A stretch of DNA of 64,000 bases from Azolla caroliniana (taxonomy: Eukaryota; Plantae; Polypodiophyta). The stretch spans positions 1,550,001-1,614,000 of the forward strand of contig JBHGNT010000008.1 in assembly GCA_043228905.1 (NCBI GenBank), written 5' to 3'. Below the pieces are notes generated by a model. That model was not told the origin of the DNA. It saw only the letters and a program-made list of their open reading frames with translations, and ran no database searches. The position numbers and the translations under genes are program-made. Below, piece after piece: positions 1 to 11,501 of this stretch (positions are counted from its first letter, which is position 1; every line of letters starts with the position of its first letter).

Positions 1-1
1 C

Positions 2-1998
2 TTGGGAGCATGTGCATTCTATCACATATGGATTCCACACTATGCTCATGTCGTTGAACCATTGTATGGATTACTAAAGAAAAGGAAGAAGTTCGAATGG
101 GAAGATGAGCATACCTATGCGGTTCAAAAGCTAAAGAAACTATTATTGGAAGCTCTGGCACTACGAAAAGCCGACTACACCAAAGGTGCCCTGATATATG
201 TGACAGTGCAAACAAACCCAACCGGAATTGGATGGGTGATAAACCAAGAAGACAAAGAAAAGAATCAGTATGCAATCCAATTCGGTGCAAAGGTGTTGAC
301 CGAAAGACAAAGAAAGTATGCCCAAGTAAAGAGAGAGCTATGGTAGTATCTGCGGTTAAAACTGATCATGACTACCTTATTGGAATAGAGGTCATAATCG
401 AATCTTATTGTCTACCTATTCTCGGAATGATATCCGGTTGTGCTACACCAGATATTGCTATGCTGCGATGGATTGCCTATATCAAGTCCCTCAACTCCAA
501 GATTCGACATATAAATGGAAAGCATAATGTGGTGGCCGATATGTTGTCAAGGGAAAGGTATGAGGGTGAAGAAGATTTGCACTACAATGAAGAGGATGTT
601 GGCCTAAACTTCTTTACGGTTTTTTGTGCTTGGGTGCTAGCAGTGTTTAAAGTAGAAGATTATGAGGGAGAGTTCATCGAAATTGGCAAGTACTTAAGCT
701 CTCTTACAAAGGATGCATCATGGTCAAAGGAAGACTTCAACCAAATTAGGAAGAAAGCCTACAAGTTCTTCCTCAAAGAAGGACATCTATGGAAGTTTCC
801 AAAGAAGAAGAATGGAACTCCACTTCGAGTGGTGTGCAAGAAACAAGATCAACAAACACTAATTGCTGAATTTCATGATAGTGTGTGGGCAGGTCATCGA
901 GGTATATGGGCAACTTTTGCAAAGCTCAAGGAGAAGTATTGGTGGTCGGGTGTTTACAAAGGATGTAGCAAGCTATGTTGAAACATGTGAGCAATGCCAA
1001 TTATACTCGAATATTCAACATAGGGATGAACTTCATCCAATATATCCATTATCAATGCATTATAAGTGGTTGGTAGACATAGTGGTTATGCCGATGGGAT
1101 TGGGGCAAATGAAGTATCTCGTGCTAGCAAGAGAGGATCTCACCAACCAAGTAGAAGGACGGGCACTAAGGAATAAAACAACTTCGGCGGTTTGTAAGTT
1201 TCTCCTTGAAGATGTTATTTGTCAATACGGATGTGTCGGCAAAATAGTAGTAAATAGGGGAGAGTTAGATGCAAATGAAGCTAAAGAGTTCTTTTCAAGA
1301 ATAGGCATCAAACTATCGCCCACCATGGCATACAACCCGGACGCAAATGGGAAGGTGGAACGAGGACATAGTCTGATTGTGAAAGCTCTAGCAAAGGTTT
1401 GCGACGACAAGATGGGGAATTGGCCACGATTACTACCTTATGCATTGTGGGCTGATAGAACTACACATAGCACGACTACAAGATATATGCCGACCGAACT
1501 CATATTAGGGCCAAAACCAATAATGCCTATCGAGCAAAGTATTTTTTTCGTGGAAATCTTTGCAATGGCAAGATGAAATGAGTCGAGAAGATTTGCTAGC
1601 TATAAGGATTCAACAATCAGAACAGAGGCCTGAGGATGTCGAGTTGGCAGTAGAACGGTTGCGCCAGGCTCGATTGAAGAACAAGGAGAATTTTGATAAA
1701 AAGCATCGTCTTTGACAAAGAAAAATTGAAGAAGGAGATTGGTTTCTTGTCTATAATAGTAGTCTCAATAATCAATATAGCACTGCTTGAAATTTTGCAA
1801 AACAATGGTTTGGCCCGTATACAGTTGAGAAAATTGGAAACAATGCAACCTATTTTGTAGTGGAGTTAGATGGAACTCGACTTACCTTGCCAATTGCAGG
1901 AAAGAGGATGAAGATCTTTAAGAGAAGAGAGGCCCCAAATCTTGAGATCGAAGCTCTAGATGATGTAGCCTCGAACATCGAGGTTGAAAAAGAGTAAT
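2..1998 (+). pseudogene. Frameshifted pol (RNase H + integrase) of Gypsy-A
   Basis: Domains are split over three frames, with in-frame stops in the integrase C-terminal part. Confidence 0.88.
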
Positions 1999-2061
1999 TA
2001 AAAGAGGAACCTCACCACAATTGGCACATACCGATGGATGTGCAGGTTTGGTGGGGGTGAA

Positions 2062-3079
2062 TGTCGTGTGGTTTTTCTCACACGATATGAAAAATAGTAA
2101 AATAATTATTTTAGATTAGATTAATGTATTGATATGAAAAGATAGATGTCTTTAAGAGCTTCATAACGTATTTTACTATGCATGAAATGGATAAACAAAT
2201 ATCAAGTTATGTGAGTGAGAAGTTTGAAGAGAAAAGGGAAAAAACATAACTTTGAGATATCCCACATAGATAGGATAACATTGGATTCCCCAATATATAT
2301 ATAGAAAGCCAAAACCTATCCATTATATCAATGTGTGGAACATAGAATGTTTAAGGTGACTTGGGTTAGATTGTGTGGTGTGTATGTTTTTGGACGGACG
2401 CGTGCGCATGCATGGCCTCGTGGGACGCTCGGACGGACGCGCGCATGCACGGTTTGGATGGGCGCACGGCTCGGCGGTTCGGGACGCACGTACGGATTGC
2501 GCACAAGCCAAATTTTATGGATGATTAGGTCATTTGGCCGAATTATACTGACGGTCGCATGCAACTAAAAACCAAGGCCATGCAATTAAAAGTAAAAGGC
2601 ATGCAACTAAAAGTGGACATGTAAAGTAACATTGGGAAGGGGGATCAACAAAGAGCTCGATATATGTTCCATTTTTTCCCTCTACTTTTGTTTTTTTGTT
2701 TTTTTTTCTTCTCTCTCCGATTCCAAAAACAAATTATCTCTCATATTGATATCAAACTCCTGGTTTTGGCTTGCTTGGCTTGCTCAATCTTTCTTGTAAA
2801 AAAAAAAATCTTTTATATTCATATTGGACCACTCCTTATATGGATGTTGGCTCCTTTCTTTAAAAGATTTTTCGCTCATTTTCATATACAATCTATTGTA
2901 ACATGATTCTAAGTTTATAAAGAATCAATTTCTTTTGCAATAAACAAATGTTTCCTCTCATCTACTTGTCTTATATGTGAATCTTGCTTGTGTTGTGCGT
3001 GTGTGTACTAATTCCCTCCAGTCCATAACCCCGGCGGTTCCGTCTCACGATTTGCACATAGTGAAGGATTTTCCGCACA
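2062..3079 (+). repeat. 3' LTR of Gypsy-A
   Basis: Starts TGTCGTG right after the PPT. Carries the AGTCCA-AACC..GGTTCC motif found near the ends of the three Gag-only LTRs. The end is placed at ..CCGCACA (3079); 3058 is an alternative. Confidence 0.7.
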
Positions 3080-3087
3080 TAGTGATG

Positions 3088-3127
3088 GATCAGAAGGTTG
3101 CATGTTCGATTCACGTTGGGTTCACCA
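3088..3127 (+). pseudogene. tRNA-Trp 3'-half copy including CCA
   Basis: GATCAGAAGGTTGCATGTTCGATTCACGTTGGGTTCACCA matches the recalled 3' 40 nt of plant cytosolic tRNA-Trp with two CpG-type transitions. Its end is complementary (1 mismatch) to the PBSs at 20627, 34456 and 53425. Confidence 0.8.
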
Positions 3128-3514
3128 CTTAATTATGTCAGGCCATGGTAGTTTCATGGGTTCCTTCCTCATGAATGTTTGCAAATAAGTGTGTGTAATT
3201 AATTGCGTGTGTGATAAATGGTCTGTGTACTCGTGTTTTACATGTGTATGTGTGATCACTTGTTTTATGGTTGTAAGTGTGTGTGTCTATGTGTGTGTGC
3301 GGCATACACTACAGTGCACAACATGTAAATGTTTATGTGTGGAGTTGGGACTCTACATGTATGCGTAATAAGTGCATTCGTGATTACAAGTGTTTATGTG
3401 TAGGCGGGCCCACCTGGTCTCATGCATGAGTTTGTATATGTGAAAAGGTATAAAGTGATGTGTGTGTATAAATTTAAGTGTATATTATTAGGTGCATGTA
3501 TGTGTATATATACA

Positions 3515-4415
3515 CATAGATTGACATATTCGCATTCGTGGGGCTTGCCCCATGAATTCATACGAATAGGAATACGAATGCATGTAAATATATTCATTTT
3601 CTTTTCTTTTTTGAATATTTTGTAAAAAATAAAAAATAAAAAATAAAAAACTATTTTTTCCCTGTGAGTGAGTGAACGAACAATGAGCAGCGAGCGAGGA
3701 AGCCTCACCCTACTCCCTCTGCGTGTTGCCCTTGCTTCCCTCTGCATCTTGTTCTCGGCCAAGAAATTAGGGTTTCGGCTGAAAACCCTAATTTCTATCA
3801 TAATCCTAGTTTCAATAGTTTTCTTTCTTTTCAACCCGCGTCCTTGACTCCCTCTCATGCTCTATTCTAATCCTACATCTTGTTCTCTGCAACAAATTCA
3901 AACTTTCATTGAAGCCCTAAATTTAGCTAAGTTTAGCAGAAGCCCTAATTAATTAATTAACTAATATTTTTCAATTAATTAATTAATTTTTTGATGAATT
4001 AAGATATGTATTAGTAAATTAATTAATGTATAGTGAATCAATTAATGTTTAAGTGAATTAATTAATTATTATATTAGTGAGTTAATTAATTATTGATGTA
4101 TGTATGTATATGTATATATCATATATGTGTGTGTGTATATGTATATGTATATATCATATATGTGTGTGTATATGTATATGTATATATCATATATGTATGT
4201 ATGTATGTATATGTATATATCATATATGTATGTATGTATGTATAAGTATATATCATATATGTATGTATGTATATGTATATATCATATATTTATGTGTGTA
4301 CATGTATATGTAAACGAATGATTTTATAATATTCTTGGGGCCGATTTATATTCTCGAATATCATGAATATTGCGGATATCGAATACCACGTATATTACGC
4401 ATGGGTCAATCTATG
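3515..4415. mobile_element. Non-autonomous hAT-like DNA transposon (MITE)
   Basis: Perfect 11-bp TIRs CATAGATTGAC (3515-3525) and GTCAATCTATG (4405-4415). 8-bp TSD TATATACA (3507-3514, 4416-4423). Subterminal CGAATA/TATTCG motifs. No transposase. Confidence 0.85.
4097..4312. repeat. TA/TG-rich minisatellite inside the MITE
   Basis: Units of about 26-30 nt built on ATGTATATGTATATATCATATATGT. Confidence 0.85.
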
Positions 4416-4686
4416 TATATACATATATATGAAAATTGTTTGTATGTGTGTGTATTGTTGATGTATATGTAGATTGAATTGTTTGTAGGAGAGGATGGAG
4501 TGGTATATTTTTGTTATAAGTTTTTGTAATATTGTTTTACTGGAAGGGGAGGGGTATCACAAGAGCATAATGATCCCCATCCTTTTCTTAGTTTTTGGTG
4601 ACCCCTTGTCATGATGTTCTGAAGCGGAACCTAGGGACAAAAGAACATACAGGTCAAGAGTTTCTCTCACCCCTCTCAAATGAGTG

Positions 4687-4739
4687 TCGCCCAATGGAAG
4701 GGCACTAGATTTTGAATATGAAGGTATAGGTTTGAATCC
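4687..4739 (+). other. tRNA-like A-box/B-box relic (SINE-head-like)
   Basis: TCGCCCAATGG (4687) and GGTTTGAATCC (4729) start 42 nt apart. No full cloverleaf. Confidence 0.4.
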
Positions 4740-6748
4740 CGCCGCTAGTCAAAATTACTACTTACTATAAAATTTGCTCCCAATTTACGAGTCAAAAAAA
4801 TCCTCCATGAACCTCGCAAGAGTGAACTAATGATCACTTGAAAGTGCAAACAAAGCTTACTTCCCACAAAATTAACCAATTTGAGTGAATATTCCACTTG
4901 TTTCTCAGATTTTCGAGCTAAAATTTTTTACCATGATCCTTGTTCACACGAATACACGTAAAAGATTAAAGTACTAAAGCAATTATAATTTCCATAGATA
5001 GCATTAAGCTCCGAATGTTAAAAATATTCCAAGCTAAACCATTTTACGTAGGGTATGAAGAAGAATTTACATTTTAGGGAGTAACATGGTTCAAAGATTG
5101 ATGAAAGGAAAATATTCCCAAGTTTCAAAGTGCCCACCCACGTTACCATTTGTCAACATCACTTCCATTGTGATAAGAAATAGTGTTGTGTATTAGCATA
5201 ATCGTTTCCATGGTGCCTTTGTAGTAAAACATGCATTACTTGTAAGTGCAAACAAATCTCTTATTAAATCTGTGAATTTGTAATGTAGGTCTTCTCTTAC
5301 AATCCATGGTATAAAGTTTAAGTTTGTGTCCTCCACTAAACATTCCAATGGCCTAATTTAAACATCTTTTCATGTAATTTCTTATTCTTAAACTATCCAT
5401 TATAATATATATTGTTCCTTTTGATTCATTTTTAACTACACTACTGTGAAAGTGTTTTTAGAACACTACAAGAATATAAGGTATGGAGCATTCACATCCG
5501 GAGGTCAAGAACACAAACCAAGGTCTTAAGAATAAGTCAAACTAAATGCAAGAAACTTGGAGAAAAGTAAAAGAAGAAAAAAGCGGGCCACCAAAACACA
5601 GTCTAAAACGAACGATCATAACTCTTTCATTTGAAACCCAAATATCATGTTCAAATATCGGTTGGAAAGCTTGTAAAGAGAGCTATCCGTAATGTTTTAA
5701 ATCTCTAAATTGGGAGCTCAGATGAAGGAGATATGATGATTAGAAGGTTATTGTGTCATAACTAAAAATAGGAGATAATAAACTTCTAAAAAAACGTGAA
5801 AAAGAGAAGAAGAAGATTATAAGAAGTGAGAAGGGGAGATAGAAGAAGTGATACCTTTGTAATAAGGATAGGAGAGTAAGCTTGTTGTGATTGTTCTTAG
5901 TCTACTTCTTGTGGTGTTTTATTTCCCATTCATGTAGTGTGATCATTCATTATCGATAGATCTTTGCGGTTTTAGATCTATATATCTTCTTTATCTCTTC
6001 TTCCTATCATCATCCTTTCAACTACCATGCCAAACATAGATTGATCAAAGGAAAATATTGTTGAGTTTCAACATGGGCCACACATGAACAACAACTTTGT
6101 CGGCTTTTGTTGTCTTAGGTTCCTAGAAAATAATAATGGGTATAGAGATGAACGTTTTTATGGTGTCTTGAAAATCATTGTGGTAGCGAATTATACTATG
6201 CATGCTTTGATCAGATTTCCCAAGTAGACGAATCTTATGCCATATATTGTTTTGCTTTTAACTCTTTGTTAATGCCATTTTTAACAACTCTACTATGCCA
6301 AGCATGAAAAACACCAAAATATGTGTTCCTTTTTTGGCTAACTACATACATTGCCTTCTAGGTGCCAAAAAAATCAATCTCTGATTATACATGATCATAG
6401 ATCCAGGGCTTTTGTAACATAAGCCTTCTCCAAGGAAATTTGTGTCCTCATGTAAGCATATTCACATGGCATCTTTTAAACATCTTTTAATGTAATGTCT
6501 ATATCTTAAAACTATCCACTATGCTATATATTGTTTCTTTTTATTCACTCTTAACTACACTCCCATGCTAAACATGGAAAGGAAATCTAGATAGTTGTAC
6601 AAAAACAAGAATACCACATATAAGTTAATCATAACTTGGAGACTAACCATCGATCGTCATAGTGAATCATATTAGAGTTGTTCAACGATTAGATGCTTCC
6701 ATGGGCAAACATGCGAACGGAGAAAGATGCATAGATATCACTTGGAGG

Positions 6749-6798
6749 TGCATTGGATGGGAATCGAACATGGCTCTATACCACTAGACCACCAACGC
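6749..6798 (-). pseudogene. tRNA-Gly-like pseudogene lacking the anticodon arm
   Basis: Minus strand reads GCGTTGGTGGTCTAGTGGTATAGAGCCATGTTCGATTCCCATCCAATGCA. Acceptor stem, D-region and T-loop are present; about 21 nt of the anticodon arm are missing. Confidence 0.65.
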
Positions 6799-7739
6799 AT
6801 GCAATATATATTTTAATGCCTTGACATTGTCAATGCAAATCAACATATGGTTCATACAATCTCAAGGAAATTGTGGTGTTAAAAATGGGCATGCTTTTAG
6901 GGTTTCTAAGCTTGTCCAAACTACACATGTCTTTAGGCATCTCATGTAATCAATGAGAGTCGATGGAACCGCTATAGGTGCATTTAACAATGGATGGGTA
7001 GCCAAATTCCATACTTGCCTTTATGGGCACTCTTAAGAAGGTTTAGGGTGGTTATAGACCATCGGCCACCCCCTAGTGAAGGTGAGAAATCCATCCAAGC
7101 CTCTTTTCACTTTTCCATACCATTGAATATGGACATGGATTGTACCTTGGGTTTGAAGGAGGAACACATGTGTGCACCTAGAGCTTTGATACACTAACAT
7201 AGTCTCAATGTAGTAACTCTTGTACCCTTCACGAAGTTGGCTAGACTTCTTTTCTAGGCTCAAACCCTAGGACCATGTCTATTCACACTTGACTATATCA
7301 TTGGAAGTGGTCAAGTTATGAAATACTCAAGGTACCTCTCACCATAGGATTTGAGAATAACTCAATCCTTAACTCTCATTCCTTATGAACCAACCCACAC
7401 TTTGTAATAATCTTAATGTTAGAGAATTAGAGTTCATTATACCATGTGGTTAGTTGTGGTTATGCTTGTAAAATTGAGAAAGGATCATTGGAGTACTTGG
7501 GGTGATTGTACAGTCATATTTAACGACCATTATTGTCGTAGAATGCGTGCTTATTCGAGTATATACCTGCTAGCATGATCTTGACATGGATCATGCTTTT
7601 GTCCCACATTGTAAGCAAGAATTGATTAGCAATAAACAAGCTTTAATCTATTAAAATCAAGAATTATTGTTGGAATACTTGACATGGAAAAGTGTTGGGA
7701 ACAATGAAGTGGCAGAATTTGTCGATAAACGCCGGAGTT

Positions 7740-9789
7740 TTAAGCATCATCAGACTGAAATGACTCGATCTCGATCGGCAAACATGCGAACGGAGAAAGA
7801 TGCGTAGATATGCCACCATCGACAGTGATAATAGTTCCTGTGATGTATGATGCACTTGGCATACACATGAATGCCACGACATGTGCAATCTCGGACGGAT
7901 CTGCAAAACGCCGCAATGGAATGCGCTCTTCTAACCCTCCCCTAGCCTCTATTGATATCTGAACATAAAAAAAGAAAAACGCACTTTAAAAGTCCCAAAA
8001 AAAGAAACATTGATTATGATGAGGAGAAGAATAATTGAAAGATTAGATCAGATAGATTCTATGATTGTCTTTGGAAGTCATTAAATAATGATGCATGAGA
8101 AGGTGAAGGTGATAATACATTCTCAGTTGTAGGCGTTATGGTGTACCCCGGAGCAATAACATTCACTCGGATGTTGTCGTTGGCCCATTCGAAGGCTAAA
8201 TCTCGTCCCAGTTGATTAACCGCGGCTAAACAATTTCATCCAAGTAGATACAGTGAGTCAAGCATATGTCAGTTACAGTTATTCAGGATATGTCAGTTCA
8301 AGCATATGTCAGTTATTCAGGATATGTCAGTGAATTAAGAAGTCTGAGAGAAAGCATGAAATAACACACAAGCCACAAGGCCTTCCATTTTTTACCTTTA
8401 CTCATACTGTAAGCACTGGATTGGAGACCAAGTACTGATGAGCCGGCAATGGAGGAATTAAAGACAATGGAGCCCTTCCCATTTGCTTTCATCAAAGGAT
8501 GGGCAAGCTGGCTTAAATGTAGTCCAGCCTCGAGGTTCAGAGCCATCATTTCGGAGAATTTTTTCAGTGGCAAATCCAACGCACTCGAGATCATGACAAA
8601 GCCCACATTATTCACCTGGTTTCAAGAAGAAAGAAAGAAATTTAGACAAGTTGTAAAAGGGTTTAGGGTTTAGAGTTTAGAATTTAGAGTTTAGGGTTAG
8701 GGTTTAGGGTTTAGGGTTTAGAATTTAGAGTTTAGGGTTAGGGTTTAGATTTATTGTTAGGGGTAAGGGTTTGAGCTACAGTTTCCCAATGATTCTCCTT
8801 CACTTTAAATATATGGAACATGGATTATGCATATATTGAGGGGTGATGAGAGATCCACCAGGATGTCAAGCTTCGAGGAGAATCGAAGGGCAACTTGAGC
8901 CATGAGTTGCTCTCGATCCTCTGCCACTGAGACATCGCAAACAGAGCCATGGATGCTTCCACTCCATGTAGCACTCGCATACTCGGCCAGGCATTTCTCC
9001 AAGTCTGCACTCGTGCGCGCACACACCCACACATGTGCCCCGAGCCGTGCTAACTCTTCTGCTATCGCACGCCTGCAGGTTGCAACATACAATTTTAGTC
9101 ATCAGTAGAGAGATCCATTCATTCTGAATGGAGGGATTTGCTAGCACCCCTTTGGAGAGATCTGCATATGGAGTTTTGCCAAATTTTTGGCTAATTTGAA
9201 GGGAAAAGTGATGGCAAGGGCAGGGATCTGAGAAAATACTCAAGAGATTGAATCATAAACTTCTTGAATCCCAATTTGAAAATGGAGATACAAGTGCAGT
9301 TAGGAAAGTCTGTAATCATGTGAATGAAACATTTGGATGAGTTCTGTGCTTTTTTTAGCTCCCAATGTGACTGACATAACTCTCAGAAAATAATTATATG
9401 TCATGCCATGCAACAAACAAAGGAGCTAGTGTCATCAGCTAAGCTAGATTTTGACACACAGTTTTTGAGTGATTCATATACCATGTCAGCCATGGCTGCA
9501 CCTCTTTTTCATACCACAAAATAAAGTTCCCTAATAATCCTTGCCATTGTTCTCATCCCAGACTGCCAAATATGTAATCACATTGGATTATTGGATATTA
9601 GGTCTTGACGGTCTATATATGTAGTTATGTCGATGGATTTGGATCGATCTCATACATGACCGGACATACATTTATAGATAAACCCTAAGAGAGATTTTAC
9701 CCGATGCCTTTGGTGGCTCCGGTCACAAGAGCTGTACAGCCCTTTAAGCTCCATGGATCTGTTGGAAAGCTCCTTCCATTTGACGACAT
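7740..9789 (-). CDS. Tropinone reductase-like short-chain dehydrogenase/reductase, 282 aa; exons 9701-9789, 8859-9072, 8396-8615, 8119-8225, 7740-7958
   Basis: The manually spliced 849-nt frame has GT-AG introns and no internal stop. Motifs: WSLKGCTALVTGATKGIG (TGxxxGIG), VNNVG, catalytic S and YSMSK, EWANDNIRVNVIAPG, SYITGTIITVDGG. Confidence 0.93.
8659..8774 (+). repeat. Degenerate interstitial telomeric repeat (TTTAGGG) in SDR intron 2
   Basis: Run of TTTAGGG, TTAGGG, TTTAGAG and TTTAGAA units. Confidence 0.85.
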
Positions 9790-11453
9790 CTCTGTCCAAA
9801 AAAGGAAACCTAAAATTGCCCAAATGAGAAGGTGGAGGGGACAGGCACAATCCTATCCCTGTTTGCTTTGCTTTATATAAGACAGGAGTGATTACATCCT
9901 TATCACTTTACGTGGAATGCTCTTACATACGACAAATTAAAGGAGGGTACGTTCTCCTGAAAAAGGGGGATAGATAGGGAATTAGTGGTCCAAAAAAGAC
10001 CACCATGGCAACAACTAGATGTTAAATACTTCTTAAATAGGTTGAATACGTAGAATTTTTAGAAGATGTCAAATTTTAAAAACGGCAGTTCTAAAACGTA
10101 GAATACTTCAGAGTATTCTAAAACGTACTCTAAACGTAGAATACGCGTTTTTTAACAACTATGATTCGCCTTTGTCTGAATCGGCTCTCTTCTTCTAGCA
10201 CTTGCTCTCCCTCTGGCCTTTCTTGCCACAGTACCAACATTCCGTCGCGGCCTTCTCTTGCCGACTTCCGGTGCTGCCATGACTCCCCCTGCTTCCGGAG
10301 GGTTCAGAATTGCTTCCGACATTTCTATTATGCCGTAGGTTCTACTCTTTTTGGCCGCCTCCATTGCGCGTCGATCCGCCTTGTCTGCCACGACCACGGG
10401 GCCTATCTTCCTCCGTGTACAAACATCTTGTTATCGGTGTGCGTATTCATCGACGCACCTGTGTGATTTTCCTCCACGAGCACCATTGATTGAAGCTCGA
10501 AGAATAAAGGCTTATAGTATTCTCCCTTGTGCAGATTGCCGTTCGGAACGCTCTGAATTTTGACGCTAGCCCACCAAGACAAACCTGCACCATTTCATTT
10601 TCCTCGACGTTCACGTTGACGGAGGCGAGAGATTTGCAGATTTCCTTGATTCGGGCTATGTAATCAGCCATAGACAGATCTTTCTGTCGGACATTGCTAG
10701 GCTCTTGCATGAGCTGCAACTTCTTGGCCGTTATACTAGCGGTGAAAATCTTCTTGAGATTCGCCCACACATCCTTTGGCATCTTGCGCATCTCGAATGT
10801 GGCTCAAGAGCTGGTCGCTCACACAGGACGCGACGCAGTAAAGAACTCAGCTTGTCGCTTGTTCCCAAGTTGAAAAATCTCTGGGTGTGTGTCGATTTGG
10901 GTGCTATATCATTAGCTTTGTCGACATAACTCCAGTAGCCATGACCAAGCAGGCATTGGTGCATCTTGTACGACCAAGATGCATAGTTGCTCCTATCGAG
11001 CTTCTTAGTCGGTGGCGAGCTTCCCATTCCTCTGTCCATATTGTTGACTTATCCTTTCCGAAAGCAAGAAGGAATACTCAGCTCTGTCTTTATCGCTGTC
11101 AAGATTCGAACTCTTGACACGACATAGTCATAATCTAGTATTATGAGTTAACCAAGATATCTAGTACATAGTTATGTATGTAATTGATCCTTATTATTTT
11201 GCTAGGATCATGTGCATAGTTGCTCCCTTGTAGTATTTACACTTGGCACATGCATGCATACCTACATGCTCTATTGTAGATTCACATGCGTGCAAACAAG
11301 TATGCATGCCATGTAGTATAAATAGAGGAGTTCACCTTGAAGGAATTCAAGGTGAACAACACCAGTTATGGAGTCTTTCCTTTAATACTATCTTCTTTCT
11401 TGTCCATTTGGTTATCTTCTTGCTTGTCTCTTGAGCTTATGATCCATGATAGT

Positions 11454-11464
11454 TTGTTCACCTT
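11454..11464 (+). promoter_or_regulatory. Self-priming primer-binding site
   Basis: TTGTTCACCTT is the exact complement of LTR 11349-11359, about 25 nt downstream of TATAAATA (11317-11324). No tRNA-type TGG PBS is present. Confidence 0.8.
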
Positions 11465-11501
11465 CCCATCCTCATAGCTCTCCCTCTCATAAGCCATAGC
11501 T

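Larger units (their letters stand above)
1..3079 (+). mobile_element. Ty3/gypsy LTR retrotransposon (Gypsy-A), 3' part: RNase H-integrase, PPT and 3' LTR; 5' part lies outside the window
   Basis: ORFs 2-346, 232-981 and 863-1576 give the RT-RH linker, RNase H end (HNVVADMLSR), integrase zinc finger (H..GH..C..C) and core. A GPY motif (KQWFGPY) lies near 1800. A G-rich PPT (GGTGGGGGTGAA) precedes TG at 2062. Confidence 0.9.
5445..10017 (+). repeat. Segmental duplication, copy 1 (partner about 41688-45381)
   Basis: Long colinear near-identity from TGTGAAAGTGTTTTTAGAA through the SDR upstream region. Confidence 0.92.

Noticed and set aside
3394-4321. ORFs 3394-3858, 3422-3625, 4100-4321 and 4104-4313
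   Set aside because: They are translations of MITE and microsatellite sequence (Y/M/C/I/V runs), not genes.
8659-8774. True chromosome end or fusion site
   Set aside because: The tract is short, degenerate, in one orientation and inside a correctly spliced intron.
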